Below are positions 1 through 10,045 of a DNA stretch of 64,000 nt, one piece after another (position 1 is the stretch's first letter; each line of letters opens with the position of its first letter). The position numbers and the translations under genes were made by a program. Origin of the DNA: Calditrichia bacterium (GTDB lineage: Bacteria; Calditrichota; Calditrichia; JAJRVZ01); NCBI GenBank assembly GCA_963796965.1, contig CAWCNS010000011.1:64001-128000 (forward strand). Direction: 5' to 3'. The notes beneath the pieces are model-generated. The model worked only from the letters and a program-made list of their open reading frames with translations. It searched no databases and had not been told where the DNA came from.

Positions 1-951
1 TCAGTTATGCCATCTGTATACAGAAAAAGAGAGTCACCATCGGACAGATTAATTGTTTTACTTTGATAGGATATCTCACTATCAAACCCAAGAGCCATAT
101 TAGCGGTTCTTTCCAACGACTTAACCCCTCCCCCGACACCTATCAATAGAGGACTATCATGACCACCAATACAGTAATTCAAACTTTTATCCTGCACATT
201 CAATACGCCATAAAAAAGTGTAACAAACATGGCCGATGGATTATCTTCGCTTAATACACGATTTACATGACTCAGACATTCGCAAGGTGTCCAACCCTGC
301 AAAGCCGTAGACTTTTATCAGCGAACGACAAACAGCCATAAAAAGTGCCGCCGGAACACCTTTTCCTGAGACATCACCAATTACAAACCCAATCCTTTTG
401 TTGTCAATCATAAAATAATCGTAGAAGTCACCACCAATTTCTTTTGCCGGGATCATTGAGGCTGATATATCATAACCTTCAATCACATTTTTTTTTGATG
501 GTAATACATATTCCTGAATCTGCGCAGCAACATCTAACTCCCTTTGATAAAGTTGTAGTCTGTTTTTGGTTTTTCTTGCTGCTCTTTTTACCTCTGCATT
601 CTCAACAGCTCTCTTAAGAGTAGAAGACAGGGAAAGGGAATCGACGGGAGATAAAATGATGTCATAAGCCCCCTTATTCATTGCCAGACGTGCTTCCTCA
701 AGGTTCCACTTATCGACAACTAAAATCACACAAACGGAAGGATTTGTCTGCCTGATCTCGGATATGAGTGAAAAATTCTCGCCTCCTGAATAGGGATCAA
801 CCATAACAATCCCTAATTCTGTATCTCTAAGCAAAGCCCGTTGGATTCGATTGGTCGTTAGGACAAATTCAAATTGCCAGCCCTTACGAGTGGCATTTTT
901 TTCAATCTGTTCTCTAATCGTTTGAGAGTGTAGCGAAATTAGTATTTTCAT
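1..951 (-). CDS. Response-regulator receiver fused to PP2C/SpoIIE (RsbU-like) phosphatase; frameshift near 290, runs off the window start
   Basis: N-terminal receiver-like domain, then GGDFYD and IGDVSGKGVPAALFMA. Another frame continues MFVTLFYG...GGH...LFLYTDGITE to position 1. Confidence 0.9.
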
Positions 952-1328
952 GGAGACAATATATAGGAACCCATCTTACATTATTATTTTATTTGAATCT
1001 TTTTACGAACGATTACCGCCCAGATGATCATCGCCAGAGACTGATAGAAACACATGACACTAAACATCCTTTCATAGGACATGAATGCAAGCATGCAATA
1101 TTATTAGTACAATAAAAATGAGATTGATCAATGATTAAAAACGGTTAAACACGAAATCTACCATAATTATTTCTTGATTATCAAAATTGTATCTACAAAG
1201 GCCAAATTTTTTAAAAACAAGTATTTAAATAGATACACAGTACAAACTTTTTATTATTGTATCATTGGAAAAATTGTGATACGAGCCATTTGAGAATGTG
1301 ATTATAGATAAAGGTAGGTTTTTGAGAT

Positions 1329-1364
1329 AAAAAAGAGCCCATTGATATTAACAACGGGCTCTTT
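1329..1364 (-). terminator. Rho-independent terminator of the cytochrome c peroxidase gene
   Basis: On the minus strand, a GAGCCCGTTG/CAATGGGCTC stem followed by a T-run, about 45 nt after the stop codon. Confidence 0.8.
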
Positions 1365-1406
1365 ATAAATGTAAAGAAGAATATCTTAGAAAAATTTGAT
1401 CATTTA

Positions 1407-2432
1407 TCAGTTAGTTTTGACGGCATTTGCCGCTGCAAGCTCTTTATCCGTCATCGATTTCAGGAATTCGAGTATGGCAATTGCTTCCATATTATTTAAC
1501 TGTTGCCCCAATTGCATATCAGCCATACGGATTATCGCGTTCCTAAGATCAGGCTCAGCACCATCATGAAAATATGGCCCTGTTAATTCAATGTTCCGCA
1601 ACGTTGCAACCTTAAACATATATTTATCTGCTTCACTTTGGGTTACATCCCAGTGACCTTTATCTTCTAAATTGGAATACGGTTTAACCAACCCCATTTT
1701 CTGATACATATTACCCCCTACCAAAGGGCCGGTATGGCAGGTAATGCAACTTTTTGTAATAAACAGATCCAAACCTTCGGCTTCAATATTGCTTAATGCT
1801 TTTACATTGCCTTTCAAGAAATCATCAAAACGATCTTCAGTAATAAGTGTTCTTTCAAAAGCGGCTATCGCTTCAGCTATAGTATCATAGGTAATTGGTT
1901 TTTTCTCATCCGGAAATGCTTTCTTAAACATATCCTGGTATTCTTTTATCGCACTTATTTTTTTAACAACCGCTTTTTCATCAGGCATGGCCATCTCAAC
2001 AGGATTGAGGATCGGTCCCTTCGCCTGTGCTTTCAGATCAGGTTCTCGTCCATCCCAGAACTGAACAAATTGAAAACCGGCATTTAGGACCGTATTGGAA
2101 TTCCTGATTCCATTTTCACCTTTTGTTCCTGGTGAGGTAGGTAAATTATCCACCCCAGCTTTTTTGCCATCCAACACGTGGCATGAATTACAGGAGATCT
2201 CATCATTCTCTGATAAACGACCATCAAAATATAGTTTTTTACCCAATTCAATTCTAACCGGTGTATCCTTTTCTGAACCAGGCATTTTATCGGGTAAAGG
2301 CGCAAAAATATTTTTTGCTTTTGCCAGGACTTCTTGTTTATATGCCGTTTTCTCCTCTTCACCTCCCCCACAGGAAACCATAATAAAAGTAAGTGAATAA
2401 ATTAGCATAAATGATATAAACGACTTGAACAT
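1407..2432 (-). CDS. ccp: Di-heme cytochrome c peroxidase (CcpA/MauG family), lipoprotein
   Basis: Two CxxCH motifs (CNSCH, CITCH), QFWDGR, FKVxTLRNI, PYFHDG; lipobox-like VSC. Confidence 0.92.
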   Translation of the reverse strand: MFKSFISFMLIYSLTFIMVSCGGGEEEKTAYKQEVLAKAKNIFAPLPDKMPGSEKDTPVRIELGKKLYFDGRLSENDEISCNSCHVLDGKKAGVDNLPTSPGTKGENGIRNSNTVLNAGFQFVQFWDGREPDLKAQAKGPILNPVEMAMPDEKAVVKKISAIKEYQDMFKKAFPDEKKPITYDTIAEAIAAFERTLITEDRFDDFLKGNVKALSNIEAEGLDLFITKSCITCHTGPLVGGNMYQKMGLVKPYSNLEDKGHWDVTQSEADKYMFKVATLRNIELTGPYFHDGAEPDLRNAIIRMADMQLGQQLNNMEAIAILEFLKSMTDKELAAANAVKTN

Positions 2433-2602
2433 AAACCCTCCAAAATAAATTGTTAAACCCCCAATGAATTGTGAAATAAATATTTGGATAATTTACAAAG
2501 TAATTTTTTAAGAGAAAAAACTTTATATATATTTTTCATTATTTTTAGCAAATAGGTGATCTCTTTACGTCTCTGCGCCTCTGCGAGAAAAAGTTTTCAT
2601 AA

Positions 2603-2869
2603 TTAGCGGATAAATATTTTTTTAGAGCCAAATATATTAAAGGTCCTTAGATAAACAAGTGCAGGTACATGGGTCGTGACATTCAAATCCTGTAAAGGAA
2701 GAGTGGCATCGCTTAAAATGTTACCGCTGGAGAGCGAATAAGCAAAGGCTGCAGCATTCAAATCTTCAGGTATATTAGCATAAGCACGCGGCTCAATTTC
2801 CTGCGCTATGGTAAGGCTTGTAATTCCAGCCAGCATAAGAACAATGGCGATCCAATTCTTCAATTTCAA
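2603..2869 (-). pseudogene. N-terminal fragment of an outer-membrane 'transporter' (MetA-pathway/SphA-like beta-barrel) protein
   Basis: Signal peptide then QEIEPRAY, typical of proteins of about 300 aa. Stops after 88 aa next to a repeat. Confidence 0.55.
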
Positions 2870-2892
2870 TACTCCCGATTGTTTGTGAATGG

Positions 2893-3090
2893 TTACTTAT
2901 CCTCGATAAAAAAATCCGGTGAATCTTCCAGGGCTTCCATTAATTCTTTTCTAACAACTGACCAATATTTTGATCTTAAATTGAACCGGATGACTTCCCA
3001 TTCTTTCTCAGTCAATTCCCGCCGGTAAATCATTTCGACTTCATCTTTTTCAAGTAAATCTGTTAATTCAAATATAACGGACATTTTCAA
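2893..3090 (-). CDS. Small hypothetical protein
   Basis: 65-aa ORF with AAGGA RBS and TTG start; no recognised family. Confidence 0.5.
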   Translation of the reverse strand: MKMSVIFELTDLLEKDEVEMIYRRELTEKEWEVIRFNLRSKYWSVVRKELMEALEDSPDFFIEDK

Positions 3091-3269
3091 TTTTTCCTTT
3101 TATTTCGTAAATTTGTTTATTGTGTCTAATAGTGATCTTTAATTTTTCTCTTTAATAAAGATAGCGTATTAAAGAAATTCTTTAATACTGACTATCCCCG
3201 ATGCCTATTATGGTATTTCGCCAGTTTTATTTTAACACAAATATCGAAAAACAGAATTTCATTTATTTA

Positions 3270-3338
3270 CCTCTCCCCAATCCTCCCCTAAAGGAGAGGG
3301 AGAAATAGGTAACCCCGAGGCAGAGCCTCGAGGAATTC
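3270..3338. repeat. Two REP-like palindromic elements
   Basis: CCTCTCCCCAATCCTCCCCTAAAGGAGAGGGAG and CCCCGAGGCAGAGCCTCGAGG hairpins. A relative of the first lies near 28702. Confidence 0.55.
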
Positions 3339-3387
3339 TACAGATTAAAGATTGAATAATATATAAAAAGTAAAGGAAAATAGACAA

Positions 3388-3768
3388 ATGAATATATTAT
3401 TAGTTTACGGGACAAGAATTGTAATTCTTGCACTTATTGCTTATTCTATCTCAATTATTACCGAGCAAAAAACACATCGGGTAACCAATACAGTTATTTG
3501 GTTCCTAACGGCCGGAATTATACTGGATATAACAGCAACCATATTTATGATTAAAGGATCGGGTAATTCTGCATTCACACTACATGGATTTCTGGGATAT
3601 TCTTCTTTGACAGGTATGCTGATTGACACCATATTGATTTGGCGTCACCGCCTCTCCACAGATGCATCTACACAAGTACCCAGAAAATTGCATCTATATT
3701 CCCGATACGCCTATATCTGGTGGATTTTGGCCTTTATCACCGGTGGAGCGTTGGTTTTGTTTAAATGA
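3388..3768 (+). CDS. Four-TM membrane protein (HsmA/DUF420-like)
   Basis: Four hydrophobic helices with D-x-TAT-x-FM and LHG-x-LG motifs. Confidence 0.7.
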   Translation: MNILLVYGTRIVILALIAYSISIITEQKTHRVTNTVIWFLTAGIILDITATIFMIKGSGNSAFTLHGFLGYSSLTGMLIDTILIWRHRLSTDASTQVPRKLHLYSRYAYIWWILAFITGGALVLFK

Positions 3769-3842
3769 TTTTGAAAGATTGGTACTGGGATCTGGGGGAC
3801 GGTTTTCTCTTTTGGATTATAGCTGACAATTCATGATCTATG

Positions 3843-4212
3843 CATCCTCTACGAGGATGGGAATCTTTGCCATCGATGGTGCTACAATATTTCATCTTCT
3901 ACGAAGATGTCCTGTGCTTGAAAGATCAGATAGATAAAAACCTCGCAGAGATTTAATTATTGTAAAACGATCACAACCCAAAAACAATTCGTCCTCGTAG
4001 GGGATATAATTTTCAGCCAGTCATCCGAATATTTTGTGTTTACCAATTTAGTCGTACAGTATCAATTCTTCTAAAATATCCCCTGGGAATGGATGACAAG
4101 ATTGAAAAAGCAGTATCAAATTTTTTACAAACCTCGAAGAGGTTTAATTATTGTAAGACGATCATAGCCTAAAAATATACGAATCCTCGTAGAGGATTAA
4201 TTATTGTAAATT
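3843..4212. repeat. Array of about 17-nt hairpin repeats (ATCCTCGNAGAGGAT family)
   Basis: Copies at 3843, 3893, 3938, 3991, 4129 and 4182; several are followed by TAATTATTGTAA. Confidence 0.8.
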
Positions 4213-4311
4213 GTAAGTGGTGGTTTATGATTCTTTTAATTATATTTTAGAATTCTCTTATTAGGTATATCATCAACACATTCAAGAAAGACAATATTCT
4301 GGAGGAAATTT

Positions 4312-5721
4312 ATGCAGGTCGAATTTTATTCCTGGGGTGCTGCTGAAGAAGTTACAGGCTCCAAACATTTTCTAAAATTTAATGATCAGATTATCCAGAT
4401 CGATTGTGGTGCATTTCAGGGACGACGTAAGGAATCTGATGATAAAAATGCAAACTGGCCTTATGAAGCAAGTGAAGTGACCAGCCTCATCCTTACCCAT
4501 GCCCACTATGATCATTCCGGTCTGACCCCGGTTATGATAAAAAAGGGTTTTAGCGGAAATATTTACAGCACGCCTGCCAGTCGTGATTTGGCCAGTCTAA
4601 TCATGATGGACTCTGCCCACATCCAGACTAAAGACATCGAATACCTGAAGAAGAGAGCAAGAAAGAAAGGTGAGGTTTTCAATAAAGAACCTCTATATAG
4701 TTCAGAAGATGTGGTTGAATGTTTGAATCATTTTGTTACAGTTTCTTACGATCGGGCCATTCCGGTTGGGGATGGTATCGAGGTTACCTTGCTCGATGCC
4801 GGTCACATTCTTGGATCCTCAATTCCGGTGTTCAATATAAAGGAGAATGGAAAAGTTATGCGGGTTGCCTGTGCCGGGGATTTGGGAAGAAAAAATTTAC
4901 CCATACTCAGAGATCCAGAACCTTTACCAGATATAGATTATTTGATCATCGAAAGCACCTATGGTCACCGTCTGCACGATCCCATCAGTTCGGCCATGGA
5001 TAAATTGGCTGAAATTATTAATAGAACCGCTGACAGAGGTGGTAAAATTATAATCCCTGCATTTGCCATAGAACGAACCCAGGAATTAATCTACTTTCTT
5101 CACCTTCTTACTGATCAAAAGAAAATTCCGAAATTACCTATCTACATAGACAGCCCTATGGCAACCAATGCCACGTCAATCTTCCGGGTTCATCAGGAAT
5201 GTTATGATGAGGAGACAAGGGATGCATTTTTGCAGCATCATAAAAATCCCTTTGGATTTAATGAGCTGCACTATATCACAAATGTAGAAGAGAGTAAAGC
5301 ATTGAATAAAAAAACTGGATCCGAAATAATTATTTCAGCTTCCGGTATGTGTGAGGCTGGTCGGATCCTGCATCACCTCGCCAATAATATTGAGGATCCA
5401 AATAACACCGTAATCATTGTTGGGTTTATGGCTCAGCACACCCTTGGGCGTAGGATAAAAGAACAGCATGAAAAGGTAAAGATATTCGGTGATGAATATA
5501 AACTAAATGCCGAAGTTGTTACACTTAACACTTTTAGTGCACACGCAGATTATAATGAGATTCTTGAAAGGGTTGGAGAGTTAAACCATAATACGCTAAA
5601 GGAAATATTTTTGGTGCATGGGGAATCAGATGCCCAATCCAATCTAAAGGGACTCCTTGAATCGAAGGGACATAAGACCACAATAGTTAAGTATAAAGAG
5701 AGGTACTCCCTTCAAGTGTAA
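4312..5721 (+). CDS. MBL-fold beta-CASP nuclease (Ysh1/RNA-processing family)
   Basis: VTGS, DCG, THAHYDH, AGHILGS, GDLG, ESTYG, SASGM, FSAHAD, LVHGE; GGAGG RBS. Confidence 0.93.
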   Translation: MQVEFYSWGAAEEVTGSKHFLKFNDQIIQIDCGAFQGRRKESDDKNANWPYEASEVTSLILTHAHYDHSGLTPVMIKKGFSGNIYSTPASRDLASLIMMDSAHIQTKDIEYLKKRARKKGEVFNKEPLYSSEDVVECLNHFVTVSYDRAIPVGDGIEVTLLDAGHILGSSIPVFNIKENGKVMRVACAGDLGRKNLPILRDPEPLPDIDYLIIESTYGHRLHDPISSAMDKLAEIINRTADRGGKIIIPAFAIERTQELIYFLHLLTDQKKIPKLPIYIDSPMATNATSIFRVHQECYDEETRDAFLQHHKNPFGFNELHYITNVEESKALNKKTGSEIIISASGMCEAGRILHHLANNIEDPNNTVIIVGFMAQHTLGRRIKEQHEKVKIFGDEYKLNAEVVTLNTFSAHADYNEILERVGELNHNTLKEIFLVHGESDAQSNLKGLLESKGHKTTIVKYKERYSLQV

Positions 5722-5891
5722 CCTAAGTAGATTTGGTATAGAGTACTTAGTTCCGGGCACTCGGTCTTTTAACTAAGATAGAAACAGAATCCTGAAAAAT
5801 AGAGGATAAACATGGGATTGGGTTGCGCTGAATATTACAAGTAATGTTCACGAAAATTGAACACTTTTATAACTCACTGTTTATATAATTA

Positions 5892-6063
5892 ATCCTCTAC
5901 AAAGATTCAGCAATTTTGATTTATTGACATAATTACAATAATAAAACCTCTTCGAGGTTTTAAATCAATTTTATTATAACTCGAATCATTCATATTTCTT
6001 CGTAGAAGATTAAGTATTGTAAAACCAGAATGAGCTAAAACTTGCATCCTTGTAGAGGATGCA
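5892..6063. repeat. Second array of the same hairpin repeat family
   Basis: Copies at 5892, 5944, 5995 and 6043, spaced about 50 nt apart. Confidence 0.8.
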
Positions 6064-6346
6064 TTAAAAATATGAGTTTTGATTATCTGAAAATCGCCCT
6101 TAGTAAAAAGGGAATCAAAATTAGCCTTAAAGAGCTGAGAACCAAATACCTAGTCCCCACAGCCCAGCACTTAGATTGAAACATCTTCAACTAATTCCCG
6201 TAATTATTTATATATTTTATATAAACTCCGTGAATATCCGGCCTGCCCCGTTTCACGAGGGTATTTCCGTGGTTAGAATGCCTTTTTACAAAGCCTCTTA
6301 ATCGTGTCGTTACAAGTACAGGATCATTAATATGAGGAGAATTTTT

Positions 6347-7514
6347 ATGAATAAAGTACTCAGTACATTCTTTTTAGTTCTTGGCTTTACAGCCCTTATT
6401 GCCGGAGATGTTGCTACCCTCGCTGACGCTAGATCTCTTGCAAAGAAGTCAGACAAACCTATACTCATCGACTTCTGGTCCGATAACTGAGGTGGCTGTA
6501 TCCAATTTGCCCGTGCGGCAGAGGAAGACGCTGAAGTTATCAAAGAATTAGCATCTGTTATATTAGTCAAAATTCACAATAAAAAAGGTGCGGATGTTGC
6601 TTTACTAGAGACCTATAAAGTCCGTGGATATCCGACTTTTGTTCTGGAAAATAATGAAGGGGAAACTCTTCATCGCTGGTGGGGATATTCTAAAGAAGGT
6701 TTCCTGAAGGAAATTGAAGCAGGATTCAGCTGATCCAACGACTATTGTGGAGAAGATGACACGATATAAAACCAAACCGGATCTGCACACAGCCCTCGCC
6801 CTGGCATCTAACTTTTCAACTATCGGTGAGATGACCAAGGTTGTTTCTTATTATAAAGATGCTGCGAAATTTGATAATAAAAATGACTATGCGTACGAAC
6901 TATATAGTGCTTATCGCAGGGGATTGGGGAGACCGTTCACAGAAGACGATATCATCAAAGCCACCGATAGTGCCCTGGCGTCTGAATTCGTTGATTTGAC
7001 TCATAAATTAAGAATTTATGACCAGATGTGCGCTGCCATTATCCAGCTAAAGGGGAATAAAACCATACTTGGTTATATCAAAGATGGTCAGGCTTTCGCC
7101 AGCGACATTGCGGACGAAAATCTTCAGTACTTAAAGGATCGTATCAACATCGCCTATGTATTATATATTGAAAATGATGTAGAGAAAGCAGTCAATCTTA
7201 AGAAAAACACATTCAAGGAAAACTGGATGGATAATGCCAGAAGTCTCAATTCATTTAGTTGGTGGTGTTTTGAGAATCAAATCAACTTAGATGAGGCAAA
7301 AGAACTGGCCCATAGGGGTGTAAAGCTTGCTGAGCCAGGTTCACAAAAAGCCATGATCCTTGACACCGTTGCGGAAATTGAATTTTTGCAAGGGAATAAA
7401 GACAAAGCTGAAGACCTGATAAAAGAGGCAATAATAGAAAATCCTGAAAGCGAATACTACATGAAACAACTGAACAGATTCCAGAAAGATTTGGTGATTA
7501 AGAACAACGAATAA
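6347..7514 (+). CDS. Exported thioredoxin-family selenoprotein (UxxC) with C-terminal TPR-like region; probable +1 frameshift near 6727
   Basis: GAGGAG RBS, signal peptide, KPILIDFWSDN-TGA-GGC (TGA at 6488-6490). The frame stays open through VRGYPTF. The downstream ORF 6714-7514 has LNSFSW...ILDTVAE TPR-like helices. Confidence 0.85.
6501..6525 (+). promoter_or_regulatory. Bacterial SECIS-like hairpin
   Basis: UCC-AA-UUUGCC[CGUGC]GGCAGA-GGA. The loop starts 21 nt after the UGA, with G at loop position 2 followed by U. Confidence 0.72.
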
Positions 7515-7522
7515 ATACTAAA

Positions 7523-8644
7523 TTATTTAAAATTCATTTTTTTCAATAACTGCTGAAACCTGGGTTCAGAGCGAAATGGATCAAGGAATGGCTCAACATT
7601 TATGTAAACAATTAAACCAAAACGTTCATTATAGGCTTGATATAAACCTTCCAACGCAGGTTCCATATTTCCCAGGGCAGCATTCAAAAGAGCCGTGTAA
7701 AAGGGAGAAATGCGTGTTTTATCAGAGGCTTTACGTATATTGCCTCCGAGAATAGTACCTACATTTAATTCTCTACCAATTTCTGCTATGTTCAGCTCAG
7801 CATTTTTATACTTCATAACAGAAGTCCTGGCAATCACATTTAATCCACTGATTTTTGTCAATTGCGAGATCAACTCTTCAGTCATGCCGTCTGCAAAATA
7901 TTCGCTCTGTGAGTTATCACTCAAATTCACAAGAGGTAAAACGGCAATTCTGATTGGGGAGACCTTTATCGGAATATCAATTGTCATCTCCTTTATGAGG
8001 AAATAAGTGACAAGTACCATTAATAGAACCGATGCCAATAAAAAGGATTTCTGTTTTGTGATTTTACGTATAAAGGGCTTTTCTTTTAATTCCTCTTTTT
8101 CCTCCCAGGGAAGACAAAGACGATAAATATTTATTGGAGACTGGATATTTTTTAATTTTTCTAATCCAATTTTTTTAACCGGAATATCAATCTTATTCTG
8201 AATCTGCCTGGCGACATCTTCTGAAAGGCAAATGCCTCCCGGTTTTGATAGAGGTTCTAATCGGGCTGCTATATTGACACCATCGCCGTGGACATGCGGA
8301 CCGACCTGGATAACATCACCCACATGTAAACCGATTCGTAAGACAATTTTCTTTTCCGATTCCCGTTCAGAATTGCGCTCAAACAGAATTTTTTGAATTT
8401 CTATTGCACAGTTAACGGCTTCCAGGGCACTTTTGAACTCTACAAAAAAAGCGTCACCAACCGTTTCCACCTCCCTACCTCCGTGTTTTGGAAATATGGG
8501 TCGGAGTAGTTGGCGATGTTCTTCAAGAAGTTCGATGGCCAACGACTCATTCTTCTGAGTCAAGGCACTATAGCCGACCATGTCTGTAAACATGATCGCT
8601 GCTAATCGACGCTGTTTCTTTGAATTATTTTCGTTGTTTGGCAT
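7523..8644 (-). CDS. Class III adenylate/guanylate cyclase + TM + TolB_N/FlgO-like domain; TPR region apparently deleted
   Basis: RRLAAIMFTDMVGYS, VGDAF, LRIGLHVGDV, GDGVNIAARL, IAVLPL.NLS, YFADGMTEELI; ends with DPFRSEPRFQQLL. Confidence 0.85.
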   Translation of the reverse strand: MPNNENNSKKQRRLAAIMFTDMVGYSALTQKNESLAIELLEEHRQLLRPIFPKHGGREVETVGDAFFVEFKSALEAVNCAIEIQKILFERNSERESEKKIVLRIGLHVGDVIQVGPHVHGDGVNIAARLEPLSKPGGICLSEDVARQIQNKIDIPVKKIGLEKLKNIQSPINIYRLCLPWEEKEELKEKPFIRKITKQKSFLLASVLLMVLVTYFLIKEMTIDIPIKVSPIRIAVLPLVNLSDNSQSEYFADGMTEELISQLTKISGLNVIARTSVMKYKNAELNIAEIGRELNVGTILGGNIRKASDKTRISPFYTALLNAALGNMEPALEGLYQAYNERFGLIVYINVEPFLDPFRSEPRFQQLLKKMNFK

Positions 8645-8960
8645 ACTTTTCTTTTTTAAGGGAGATTCAGTATTTCATGTGGCATGTGATGATACACTTA
8701 ACGTTAGAAAATTACTTATTATTTCTTCTGGAAAATGCATTCCCTCCGTCTTTCTCTTTCCAATAATCATGAGTACACTTTGCTTCTCCGGATTGAATGG
8801 CAATAATCAGGTAGAGTCATTGATATTATGCCATCTACCCACACCATGTCCTATCCTTTTCATTAGAGAAATAGGAAATAAAAACTAAAATCATAAAGTT
8901 AAAGATAAAAAATAAAATCACATCATAACATATAATCTGTAAATGAAGTATTATAAAAGA

Positions 8961-8988
8961 TGTAGTCCATCCTGGAGATGGACTACAT
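8961..8988. repeat. GTAG-type REP palindrome
   Basis: TGTAGTCCATC-CTGGA-GATGGACTACA perfect stem. Confidence 0.6.
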
Positions 8989-9068
8989 CTCTGATTTTTT
9001 GGTAGTGTCATCCCGATAGAATCGGGATATGAAAAAATGAAAAATAGGATTAAAAGATGAAACCATCC

Positions 9069-9430
9069 CTAATAAGTCTGGCTCCGCCAGTCTTTACGGG
9101 ACAGGCAGAGGACTCAGAGAAATACTCAGAGAACTCCTAAAGAATATTATCTCAAAGATATTACTGAAATAATCACCTGTGTTTTGATTTATCGGAAAAG
9201 TTCATTCTTCTCTTAGACCAGGTCTATATGATATATCTGAAAGCAGAAAAGCACAAGTTGAACTATTGATCAATTTTAATGTTGACAAATTAAAAGAGGG
9301 AATAAGGAGAGTCTTATTATAAGATATCACAGAGGGGAGATAATGAGAAACAATATTAACATAAATAAAATTAATAAGTTACTCTGTGTGCTCTGCCTGC
9401 CCCGTAAAGTCTGACGGAGTCAGATTAGTA
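9069..9430 (+). pseudogene. GxxExxY-family remnant enclosed by inverted repeats of about 45 bp
   Basis: Residual YYLKDITEII at the 5' end and YLKA...LLINFNVDKLKEGIRRVLL* at the 3' end. Arms near 9069-9120 and 9381-9430 are near reverse complements. Confidence 0.7.
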
Positions 9431-9477
9431 CGGGGTGGTTATTTTTTACACTACCGATTTTTTTCAAAGGAGTAGAT

Positions 9478-10045
9478 ATGGCAAAATCACCCGAAGAAAT
9501 GGCAGCAAGCATGATTGAAAACCTCAAGGAGAAAACAGGTAAAGATCTATCAGAATGGATGAACCTGCTCAGACTCAATGAAAGACTCCAAACATGGGGA
9601 AATAGTTAAACATCTCAAACAGACACATGGAATAACCCATGGATTTGCAAATCTTATAGCTCACAAATTATTAAAGAGTGATGCGGGAAGCGTTTCCGCC
9701 GAAATTGATTTGGTTGCCAATCAATACAGCGGAGAGAAAGCAGGTCTTCGCCCGGTATATGATACACTTATTTCAATTGTTCAAGGATTTGGTGATGATG
9801 TGGAAATTTCTCCAAAAAAGAGCTACGTAAGTCTAAGAAGGAAAAAACAATTTGCCCTTATTCAACCAAGTACTAAAACGCGCATCGATGTAGGTATAAA
9901 TCTAAAGGGTGTTGAATCAAAAGGGAGGCTGGAGACTTCAGGGAGTTTTAATGCTATGGTGAGCCATCGGGTTCGAATCAGCGAAACATCAGAAGTAAAT
10001 GATGAACTTGCAGGTTGGTTGAAGTCCGCCTATGATGTCTCCTGA
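9478..10045 (+). CDS. DUF4287/DUF5655 domain protein (frameshift near 9575)
   Basis: GGAG RBS; MIENLKEKTGK, KHGEIVKHLKQTHG.THGFAN, PKKSYVSLRRKKQFA. Confidence 0.85.

Noticed and set aside
3843..4212. CRISPR array
   Set aside because: Repeats are short, degenerate and switch orientation, some spacers resemble each other, and no cas genes are present.
6731..6733. Second TGA of the thioredoxin gene as Sec
   Set aside because: There is no redox motif context, and the long protein-like reading continues in a different frame, which indicates a frameshift.
6310..6838. Minus-strand ORFs 6310-6570 and 6605-6838
   Set aside because: They are shadow ORFs antisense to the selenothioredoxin gene.
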